From IMG/VR virus record IMGVR_UViG_3300009161_000006, positions 1 through 60,984 of that record: a stretch of DNA of 60,984 nt; one strand, given 5' to 3'. A program made the position numbers and the translations under genes. Positions 10,529 to 21,800 of the stretch are shown here, piece after piece; positions within the stretch are counted from its first letter, which is position 1; each line of letters begins with the position of its first letter. The notes beneath the pieces are model-generated. The model saw nothing but the letters and a program-made list of their open reading frames with translations. It did not search any database and was not told the origin of the DNA. Origin of the DNA: a virus. Lineage: Duplodnaviria > Caudoviricetes.

Positions 10529-11296
10529 ATGGTAGGAGCAATAATAGGAATAGCATCAACTGTAGCGACAACAGCGATGTCTTTTGCCCAAGCAAATAAG
10601 CAAAAAAAATTACAGAAACAAGCAGAACAGGAAGCTGATAAAGCAATGTTCGCAGCTCGAAAGAGACTTGAGGTAAACTATATGGATGCATTATCCGTTC
10701 AAAAGGAGCCTTATGAGTTAGCGAGACAAGCAATGCTTGCTCAAGGAACACAGGCTACACAGGCAGGTCAAGAGTCTGAGAGAGGCGCTGCTGCAACTGC
10801 AGGACGAGTACAGATGGGGCAAAATGAAGCTCAAGGAGATATTAGAACAGCAATGGGCAAAGAGTTAACTGAGATTGAAAGATTAAAGGTTGCTGAAGAC
10901 GCTAGGCTAAGAGACTTAAATACACAACTAGATTTAGGCGAAGTTGAGGGTGCTCAATTGGCTGCTGCTAATGCTCAAGAAATGTCTGCTGCTGCTATGG
11001 AGCAAGGATTTGCAGGAGTTACAAGTGCAGCAACACAAGCGGCTAATTTGGTTCCTTTGTATGGGAAGCAAAAAACAGATACCGGTGGTTCAGGTGTCGT
11101 TGACACTAGAAATGCTGTGTTAAATCCAAAAGGAGTTCAATTAACGTCAACAGGTTCAAATATGCAATTTAATCCATTCGGAACAGGAATGCCTACTTTG
11201 AATCAAGACCAACAAAATCCATTTATGTATAATACTAACTTACAAAGTAATCCTATAAATCCTTTCTATCCTCAAATACAATTACCAATCCGATAA
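10529..11296 (+). CDS. Internal virion / ejection protein
   Basis: Hydrophobic Ala/Gly N-terminus then Ala/Gln-rich coiled coil; podovirus gene order. Confidence 0.55.
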   Translation: MVGAIIGIASTVATTAMSFAQANKQKKLQKQAEQEADKAMFAARKRLEVNYMDALSVQKEPYELARQAMLAQGTQATQAGQESERGAAATAGRVQMGQNEAQGDIRTAMGKELTEIERLKVAEDARLRDLNTQLDLGEVEGAQLAAANAQEMSAAAMEQGFAGVTSAATQAANLVPLYGKQKTDTGGSGVVDTRNAVLNPKGVQLTSTGSNMQFNPFGTGMPTLNQDQQNPFMYNTNLQSNPINPFYPQIQLPIR

Positions 11297-11309
11297 AACA
11301 AAATAAATA

Positions 11310-12812
11310 ATGGCAAAAACATTTTATAAATATCAAGAGCGTGACATTGACAGCCAAGTAAATTGGGCTGATATTGGTCTTGGTATGTCTGATATGATTA
11401 CAGACCAAGTCGCTGTAAGAAAAGCAAAGAAAGAGGCGTATGATGACGAGGTAAGGGCATTCAATCAATACTTAGATGAACACCCAACGGGAGATGATGA
11501 CAATTTAACTACATGGACATCTGCTTATTCATCGGATATGCAAAAGAAAATGTTAGATAATCAGAGGGCATTTAAAAATGGTATGATATCAGAAAGAGAT
11601 AATGTTATTTTTATGCAAAATGTTAAAAATGGAACAAGCACAATTTTTGATTTAGCTACAGAGTATCAAGCTGAGTATAAGGTGAAGATGGAAAGAATGA
11701 ACTCAACTGACCCATTAAATAAATCACAAGAAGCTGAGTCTTGGCTTATGGAACAAGCAGGGTCATATGATAACTATAAAACATCTAAGCCAATTATTGA
11801 CCCTAAAACAGGGTTGGTATTAATGAGCATGAAAAAAGCAGATGGTACATATGAAACCGTTTCTGCTGCTAATTTATCAAATAGAATAAAAGCAAAGTAT
11901 GACTACTTTGATTCAGATGGAGTTGCAACAAAAATTGAAGAGGGACTAGGAGACGAGATCGTTGGTGATTATGCAGCTGCAAAGAATAGATTGAAAACAG
12001 GTACCGTTACAGATACACAGGATAAGGCAATAAAAGAAGGTTTTGATAACGCATTAAAAAAGAGGATAGGCTCAGAATTAGTCAATCCAACATCAGTATC
12101 TTCAATACTAACAAACAATATATTGTTTGATGCCCAAGGAAATACTGTTGATTATAGCTTTACTTATGATAAGGCAGAGGCTGCAGCAGACCCATTTAAA
12201 ATATTAATGGTTGTCAAAGGAGGGGGAGACGGAATGCCAATCCCTGATTTCACAACAGAGAATGGTAAAAAACAACGAGAAGCAGCTCTTGAATATATGA
12301 CTGTGCAAACGATTGAAAAAATAGATAGAAAAGTTGGTAAGCAAGTTATTGCTGCTTTAGGAGATGCTCCTCCTGTTCAAAGACCATCTGATTGGTCTCT
12401 TGCAAATGCAGAGCAGAAAAAATTATTACTTGAAAAAGGCAGAAATGCAGGAGAGCAATTAGCAATTTTACTTACATCTCCAAATGCTAGTTTGGTACAA
12501 AATGCAGGAGCTAGTTTAAGTCAATTATATGGAGGAATATCAGGCCTTAATAAGACGGGGAAAGATATGAATATAACATTTGGAGGAAAGCAAAATAACT
12601 TTTCCGGGGCAGATGTAACTCCTCTCGCTTATGCGAAGTCGGTTTTAAATAGTCTTGGATTGACCGCTGATGAGCAAAGAGCGGCATTAACAACATTCCA
12701 ACAATATGCAGGGGATGCATTAAATGATAATAGTGCAACGGGAGTAGCAGCTCCAATTGAAACGGGGAAATATGACGAAGAGAAAAAGTTTAAATATTCT
12801 TGGGAGAAATAA
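11310..12812 (+). CDS. Internal virion / ejection protein
   Basis: 500-aa helical ORF between ejection genes. Confidence 0.5.
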   Translation: MAKTFYKYQERDIDSQVNWADIGLGMSDMITDQVAVRKAKKEAYDDEVRAFNQYLDEHPTGDDDNLTTWTSAYSSDMQKKMLDNQRAFKNGMISERDNVIFMQNVKNGTSTIFDLATEYQAEYKVKMERMNSTDPLNKSQEAESWLMEQAGSYDNYKTSKPIIDPKTGLVLMSMKKADGTYETVSAANLSNRIKAKYDYFDSDGVATKIEEGLGDEIVGDYAAAKNRLKTGTVTDTQDKAIKEGFDNALKKRIGSELVNPTSVSSILTNNILFDAQGNTVDYSFTYDKAEAAADPFKILMVVKGGGDGMPIPDFTTENGKKQREAALEYMTVQTIEKIDRKVGKQVIAALGDAPPVQRPSDWSLANAEQKKLLLEKGRNAGEQLAILLTSPNASLVQNAGASLSQLYGGISGLNKTGKDMNITFGGKQNNFSGADVTPLAYAKSVLNSLGLTADEQRAALTTFQQYAGDALNDNSATGVAAPIETGKYDEEKKFKYSWEK

Positions 12813-12838
12813 CCAAAAAAAATATAAATAATATATAA

Positions 12839-15800
12839 ATGAATGACCAAGCAATAAATGACGCATATCAAATGTTTTCGCAAGGCGGGTACAGTGGTTC
12901 TATTGACAATTTTAAGCAATTAATAGCATCTAATCCAAATGCGTTAAATGATTCTTATGAGATTTTTAAGTCGGGAGGTTATAGTGATGACATTGAATCA
13001 TTCAAGACGTTAATGGGTGTTTCAAATTCTTTTTCAAATCCTTTTATTAAAAAAAAAAGTCCCGGTGGGGTATCCATTTCGGCAGATGGTTCTTCGGAAT
13101 ATCTAACTAAAAACCAAATCGACAGAATTACCCAAATTGGCGCTGACCCATTGATTTTTGAGCTTGCAGCTAAACAGGCAGCAGAAGACAAAGAAAAAGC
13201 AAAGCAATTACAGGCTACAGGATTTCGAAAGGAAATGAAGGATGCAGAAGCTATTGAGCTTAGTGGAAAGGAACAGCCTTTAAGTAAGATATATGATGAA
13301 TATGATGATTTCTTTAATACTAAAAATCAACAGGCAACAGGTGTAAAAGCATTTATAGAGGGCCAAGATAGACCCTATGGTAGAAATGATTATAGTAAGA
13401 GTGTGTCTTTTGACCCCGGATTAGGTATAGCAGTAAACGATACTAGATATAGAGTAAAGGATGGCTTTTGGGAGCGATTAGTACAAGGGGATTCTAAATA
13501 TGAAAAGATAACAAATGCTTCAAGTATATCTGCTCTAAACAAAAGATACGATAGAGACTTATCAACTGATGTTGCTCCAATAGAAGTTAAGCCAAGTGTA
13601 ATAGACCCATTTCTTAGTGTTAATTCAGATTTTCTTTCTAAGACAGAAGAGGATGCTCAAACAGCTTTAGAAAACAAGTTTGGGGGCATGGGGTTTGAAT
13701 TTGAGCAAACAGGGTTTGGTACAGATTATATAAAGGTGACTCCTAAAAATGGCGCAGCGGCAATGACATTTTCATTTGATGAAAAATCAGGTGATGAGGC
13801 TGTTAGACTACAATCTTTTTTAAGAAACAATGCTTCATTTGAAAATGAGAATGCACTGTTGCCAACTATATTACAAAGTTTTATAGCAGACAATAGAGAT
13901 TTAAGCAAGAAACCGTATAGTTCAAATGAATATAAATTATTATTTGAAGAGCTAACTTATCTTCAAAAAAAAGAAGAGATATCAAGACGACAAAAAGAGG
14001 CATCGGGGTTTGCATTTTCTGACTATGGTATAGCAGGTTGGGCTGTTGGTTTAGTGTATGACACTGAAGAAACTAGAGAGAAGCTTGCGGAAAATGCAAA
14101 AATAATGCAAGATGATTTATACAATAGCGAAGAATGGAAGTTATTTAATACTGAGAAAAGTAAATTTGAACAACAGCAAGAAGATAGGTATTCACTACTG
14201 CTTGATGATTATGAAATAAAAAAACGAAACGGTGATTACGCAGGAGCGAGAGAGGCAAAGTTAGCGATTGAAAGTGGGTTTAGTAGAGATGTTATTGGAG
14301 ACAATGTTACAAATCTTTCAAACTCACAATATGACTTAATGAGCGCTAAGAATAACCTCGTTGCAAAGGAAACAAAATTACGAGAACAAGCATCAAAAGG
14401 TTTAATAACACAAGAACAATTTGATATTGGCGCAGAAGCTATTTTAGTAGAATCAAAAAAACTAGCTATTTCCGCAGAGAGTGTTGTTTCAAACCAAAAA
14501 AAAATGAACGCTCTTGCGGGAGTATATGCTACAGAAAAAGCAAAGTATGGTAGTTTTGGGAGTAACTTAGTTAATGCATTTGTGGTTGACGCAGCCGAAA
14601 TAATAGATAAATTTAACTATATAAGAAGAGGGGGTGTTGACGTGAACAATATGATAGGAGAAGGTATTATAGGCGCCCAATCTAGGATTATAACTCCGCA
14701 ACAAAAAGAATATTATAAAAATAAAGGATATAACGAAGAACAAATAAAAAACATAAGGATTAATCAAGAAGACTTGGCAGCTAGAAAGGATTTTAAAAAA
14801 TCAATTATACAGAGTTTTGGATCTGATTTAACAACTGAAGAGTCAAAGTCACAGCTTGGGTTTGTTGAAAATGCTTTAGTTGGTGTAGCAGCATCATTGC
14901 CTTCAATGCTAACAAGGGCTATACCTGTCGTGGGACAAGTAGCAGCATTTGCAAGTATGGCAAATATGTCATACAATGCGATTGAAGAAGAGATGCTTTC
15001 AGACCCTGACTTTGAAACGACAACAAAAGGAGAAAGGGCTTTAGTGGCTGTTCCATATGCAGCTGTTATGGGGTACCTTGAAAACCTTGGTATAAGTAAA
15101 ATGACAAAAGGACAATCAGCTCTTTTAGGAAAATATATTTTAGGAAATATGGCAAAGGCTCTTCCAAAAAAATTGGGTAGAGAAGTAATTGAAAATATAG
15201 TAAATAAAGAAGTTAAAAGTTTAGTTGGTAAAGGAGTATTAAAAGTTGTTGGTGGTACATTAGCAGAAGGAGAGACAGGAGCAATGCAAACATTAGTTGC
15301 CGACATTGGAATAAAAAAAGCATATAACTCTATAAGAGCTGCTTATACCGGTGAAGATTTAACAGAGCTAACAGGAGGCGAAGCATTTGGCACTCCTCAG
15401 TCTTTTTCAGAAGGTGCATTAGCAGTTGGTGAAGGAGCATTAGCAGAGGCAATAGGTGGTTTCGCTATGTCTACAGTTATGGTAGGAGCGCAGGGATTGG
15501 CTACAGGTAAAATATCTTTATATAACCAAGATGACTTAAAGTTTTTTGAGGACTTTTCTTCGGATGAAGAATTTAAGAAGCTTATTGTGACAAAATTAAA
15601 GACAGAAATGCTAGAAGGAAGAATGTCAAAGAGACAGGCGCAAGCTGCACTAAATGACATTGACTTAGTAGCGGGTGTATTTAATTCAATAGATGAGAAC
15701 CTACCTCAACAAGCAAAGCTTGAAGCCTTTAATTTAATAAATGAAAAACGAAGATTATTAATAGAGATTGAAGGTAAAGACCCGGCCTTAAGTAAAAAGA

Positions 15801-18800
15801 GAAATGATAGAATAGCTGAAATAAATACAAGGCTAGAGGAGCTACCTTCTCTTGTACAAGAAGATAACTTAGCAGATAGAGCGAGTGATATAGAATATGC
15901 ACTTGGAAGAGGAAGAGGCACATCAAAAACCGTAAGGATTGATGGTAAAAGGGTAAGTAGAGAAGAGGCAGAGACAGAGTTACAAACAATAATCACTAAA
16001 ATAGAAGAAAATGCCATTCAAAAGCAAACAGCAAGTGAAGTACTTGTACAGCCAACAACCACAATTGGCGAAGAAGTGGTCCAAGGAGAACCCACAACAG
16101 AACTTGAAGTCATTACCGAAGAAGGTCAAAAAAGAAAAGAAGAGTTAGAGTTAGCTTTATCGCAAGAAAGGAATGATAAAGGAACAATAACGGTTGGAGA
16201 TGAGATTCAAATTAGAAGAGCAGCAGAGCTAGAATTAGAGCAGTTAAATAAGTTAGCCCCTTTAACGCAAGAAGTGGTCCAAGGAGAACCCCAAACAGAA
16301 CTTGAAGTCATTACCAAAGAAGGTGAAGCCCAAGCACAAAGGTTCAAGGATAAAGAATATTTAACAGCTGAAGAGACATTAAATTTTAGCATAAATAACG
16401 CTAAGGAAAACATAGAAAATAGAATATTAAGATTTCAAAAATCAGAAGACCCCTCAAGCGAAGATTGGATAAAGTCGGAGAAAGAAGAATTGAATCAGTT
16501 AAACGAAAACCCATTAGCATATTTTGAATCTAAATTACAGCAAGAAATTACACGTAAGACACCTATACCTGAAAGAATAGGGTATTTTGAAATGATTATT
16601 AATGAGTTCAAAGCCGTAGAAAATGCTCAAGCCGCACCAACACAAGAATTAGCTCCTGTAACGCAAGAATTGGTCTCAGAGGAGGCAACACCACAAGCAG
16701 AGAATTTAACTATAAGAGAGGAGATGTCACTTGCAGCTGAAAAAGCTCAAGGAAAAAAGGGTAAAGCGCCTAGGGCAGCTAGAGTGCGAAAAGCCCCTGT
16801 AGTAACAGCACCTGCTCTTGAAGTTGAAGCAGCACCAATTGTTGTAGAGCCTACGCAGGAAGCTGTAGTAGCACCTGTAGTAACGGCACCTGTAACTGAG
16901 GCTAAGGAAGGCGCACCTACTAAGTTTTCGTGGGATAAAATTAAGGAGTATACGAGTGAAGTAATTAGAAGCATGAGACAACTTCAATTTTCTAAATTAA
17001 ACCCTTTACTTGAACTTAAAAAACCAAGCGCAGCTCAAATAATAGAGATAAAAGCTCTTCAAGCAAAAATAAAATCTGCAGATGCAGTATTAAATGCTAG
17101 AGAAAATAAAATAAAAGAGGACGAGAAGAAAGCTGAGAAGGGAGAACCTACTGATAAAAGCCCAAGGGTAAGTGGTGTCGACCAAAATGGTAAGCCTGCT
17201 GAGTTTGTTGTAGTTGTTAATGAAAAGAAACAAACAGTAAAAGTACAGCTTAAAAAAAGAGGAGACTCAGAATTAGCAAGGCAAAAAATAGAGTCTGATT
17301 TAAAAATACAAACTGACGATAAAGGAAGAAAGTTTGTTGAGACTCAAAATAAATCAAGGGTCTATATTGATGAGAAAGTTACACCACCTAAAGCTGTAGA
17401 GTTAACTGCATTTGGAGTTCCGGTAAGTACAAAACAAGAGTATAGTAAAGAAAATCCAAAAATAATAGAAAATGAAAATGATGCTATTGAAATAGAAAAA
17501 ATAAATAAAGATTTATATACAGAAAAAATTAGCAATCTAGATATAATTAAAGAAGGTGGTAAATGGGTTGTAAGAACACAAACTGAAGGACGCGAAGAGT
17601 TTACAGGTAAAACATTAAAAGAAGCTAAAGATTATCTTGCGAATCGTAATTTAGAAACAAGGGTCGTTGGATTTAAAGAAGCGAAAGCTCCTGTAACTGA
17701 GGTTAAAGCAGAAGCGCCAAAGGTTGAGGCTGTAGTTGAAACTAAAGCAGAACCTATAGTTGAACCTAAAGCAGAACCTGTTAAGAAGCCAACGGCAAAA
17801 GCTGAACCTGTAGTTTTAAATTTTAATGTAAAATCTACTACTAGAAATGGAATGGAAATTATTATCACTGATGACAATTCTTTAAGGATGGGTGATGAAG
17901 GTCAAGAGTTAAGTAAATTAAGAAGATATGGTAAAACTAAGCACTATATTAATGATGGTATACTTGGTGTTATAATTGAAGGTTTTTCCATGGATGGAAG
18001 AGAGGGAGGACGTACCATTGTAAATGTTAAAGTTCCAAATGGTTTTAATGAAACTATTTTTGAAGAGCTTGTAAAAGGAATTAATTATCCTGCTATGACT
18101 ACAGTTGCAGAAACAGAAAGAGTATTAGCAGAAATTAAAGATGCAATTCAAAAATCAATAATTGCTCCCGCTACAGCTACTCAAGCAACAACAGAAACTA
18201 CAAAAAAATCAACAGTAACGACTGAAGATAGAATGGGTGCTATTAATAGCATAAAAGAAGAGATAGAAGCAATAAATAAGGAAATAAAAGAAGCAAAAGA
18301 AAAGGCTAGAAAAGCTGTAAATGAAATTGAAGCAAAAATTCTTGATACTAAAAATGAAAATAAAAAAGAAGAGTTACAATTTGATATAGAAGAGATTGAA
18401 ACTCAACTTGAAGAAGACCTAGATGGACTTAAAGATGACTTAGACCGACAAATAGGAATGTTGAAAGAAGAAGTTGAGTCACTTAAAGATTTAGACCTTG
18501 AAAAACCTGAGAATAAAAAGACACTATTAAGTTATATAGATGGTGCTATTGCTGCACTCAATAGTTTAAATAAACTAACATACGCAAAACTTGATGCAGG
18601 AGTTACATTAGGAACATTGAAACTTATTTTAAAGGGAATACGTCAGATAGTTATAAAAACTAATGATTTTAATGTTGCTGTTAGAGCAATGGCAACTAAA
18701 TATAAAAGTAAGCATAAAAATGAAAACATAACCATTGATGAGTTTATTGAAGAAATTAATGATTATTTAGATTCAACGTATGTTGACCCACAATCTTATG

Positions 18801-21800
18801 AAGAGTCATTAGATAAAGATATTGATAAATTTACTACTGAAATTAAAAATGCAATAAGACAAGCTCAATCACAATCAAAAACCTTAAGAGAAAAAGCAGC
18901 TGCTAAAATTAAGGACATGCTCAAGGGTAAGTTTAAAAGTATATCAGCTGTTCACATGAGGTCAATTATGACAAGGCTTGTTAGTGTTAACGTGGAGAAT
19001 CAAACTCAGTATGATAAGTTCTTAGAATACGTTGAGAAAGTAATTGAGATTACAAACTATGATGCCAAGGTTAGAGAGGCAAATGTTAAAAGGAAAAAAG
19101 CTAAAGATAATACAATAGGCAATAACCCAAAACTTGGGGACCTTTCCCTTGACTTGCTTGGTTCACTGTCACGAATGTTGAACATCAATCCAAAGCTAAT
19201 ATCAAAAGAAGTTTTTGATTCTTATTACAACATAGTTGATGACCTTTCAAAAAGAACTACCATTTTATCTCCGGGAGAAAGAGCAGACCTAAATGAAAAG
19301 GTAAATGAAATTTTTGACAGCATTGAGCAAAATGAAGAGATGCTACCTAATTTAAAAGATGCGTATGATAACTATGCAGATAAGGTTGTAAAAAATGGAG
19401 TTGTAAATTATGCAAAGACATTGACTAAGATGCTAGAAGATGGTGTCATCAATAACAATGAATTTACTTTAATGAAAAAGTACAAGTCAAAGATAGTAGA
19501 TGCTAAGGTAAAAGTGAAGATGACTGAGCAAGAGATTGCTGATGAAAAAGCAGAGTTAATCAATGAGATAACAAATACTGCAATAACATTAGACTCTATT
19601 GTTGGTGATGAGTTTAGATTAGAAAGAGAGTTGGCAAAAAGATTAGCTAAACTTTTAACTAAAAAGTCACTTGAAAATTTAGATAATAAAGAGTTAAAGG
19701 ATTTAATTAAAATACTTGATAATATAAATAATGGGTTTGTATCTAAGTCTACTCAGCAAATGGTAGAGAAGTTAAACTCAAAAGAAAATGCCCCATTATT
19801 AGAAAAAAGTATTCCAAAATCTGTAAGGGGTATATTTAAAAGAATAAGTCAACGCATAAGGGACACTACGACACGAGATAAGTATGGTGTTAATGTAACA
19901 CCACTGTTTAATATAGATGAGCAGTTTGGTGACTTTAAAAATAAAAACATATTTAACTCTGTATTTAACCAATCAGCAGTAAGCCAACAACAATACCAAT
20001 CTGAAGTATCAGAAATCCAAGGTAAATTAGTAAAAGCAGAGTCTGCCATAGCATCTTCGTTTGATAGAAATGGAAATAAAATAGTACTATCTAAATTTAA
20101 AATGATGGTATATATGATGCAACTTGAACACGACTCAAATCCAAATAGTCAAAAAGGTGATAAAAGACAAGTACATCAAGCAATGGAGACTTTGGATGCA
20201 ACAATTAAGTTTGCAGAAACAAATAAAAAGAAAAGCAGATATACCAAAGAGGATATTGACCAAATGAAAGCTATAAAGGAAGAGTTTGGAAAAGAAACTG
20301 AAGAGTTTGAAGAAGATGGTAAGACTAAAAAGAAAATAATAGATATAGATAAGTTGTATAACTCTTTTAATAAAGCTGAAAAAAATGCGCTTAAAGTTTT
20401 TGATGAAGTAAATTCTTTAATGACAAAGAAATCCACCTATACAGCAACTGTAATAAATGGTAATAAGATAACTCCTTTAAAAAATTATATTTACTATAAT
20501 ACAATCTCTGACCCAAGTACAAGTGCAGAACAGGCGACAAATTTAATTAACAATATAAATAATAATATGAAGCCGGGCACTGAATCTAAAAACCTTCAGG
20601 AAAGAACCGGAAATGTTAGTCCTGTTAACCTAGACCCTTTCTTTGCTGTAAATAGTAGTGCTAAGTCAGTACTTATTAACTACCATATGACAGAGCCAAT
20701 AAGGACAGCTAGAAAAACACTTTTAAATGCAAGAAAAATACTAGAGAACAATAAAAAAGAAAAAATAGATGTTGGGGAACAATTTGATATTCTTTCAGTT
20801 ATTGAAGAAGCATACGAAACAGCAACTAGAGATTTACTTGAAAGAAATTTCGCTCAATCAAGTGCTACTCTCGAATACTTAACAAAGGCAGGATATAGAG
20901 CTATGCTTGGAAGTGTAACAAGGTCCACTGCCGAGTTAGTATCAAACGCAGCGTTTGTTAGTATAAACAATCCAAAGGACATGGCCGCAGGGTTTAAGTA
21001 TAGAGGTATAGCACACTCAGGTAGAGGTAAAAATATATTAACAAATTTAAAAAGTAAGGTAACATCAAGAAATTATCCTCAAGGTGGTCTTAGCAGTAAT
21101 TATGTAGATTTAAGTTCTTTTACAGATAGAACTACTAAAAATGGAAAGACAAGGTCAAAAATAGTCAATGGTGTCACACAAGTTTATGACTATACTGCGG
21201 GGGCTTGGGTTAACCTTGTTGAAACAGTAGCAGATAATCTAATATCAAGACCTGACCAAATTGTAATGAAGCAACTTTATTTTGGTACATTCTCTCGTGA
21301 ATTCAAAAAAGAAACAGGTATTGAGCCTGACTTTGATAAAATTGAAGCGAATGATGAAGAGTATATGGATAAATATAAAGACGCTTTAGAAAAAGCGACA
21401 GATAAAGCCGATAGTCAAACCGTAACTGCAGGGTCAAGTATGAACGCTTATATGGGTTCTTTGCAAAATATTGTAAGAAAAGATGACAATACTCCAAAAA
21501 AAATATTTAAAACATTCAATCAATTTATGAATAGATTTACTATTCAAGAATATATTACAGCAAGAAAAGGTGTTAATGCATTAATAGGGAGGGGAGGTAT
21601 GACTGAAGCAGAAGGCATCCAAGTTTTAGCAGCAGTTTCTGCAAGGATGACATTATATTTAACTCTTGGAAAAGTATTCTCAGAAGCACTAATGTATTTA
21701 GGTGGTGTAGCATTTGGATATGGAGACGATGATGAAGATGAAGATGAAAAAACACTTTTACAAACACTATATCAATCAGCAGTATCATCTGCAACAACAT

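Noticed and set aside
13049-13058. A10 run as a programmed frameshift or phase-variation site
   Set aside because: The ORF is already continuous through it (KKK) and I saw no useful alternative-frame product; A runs are common here
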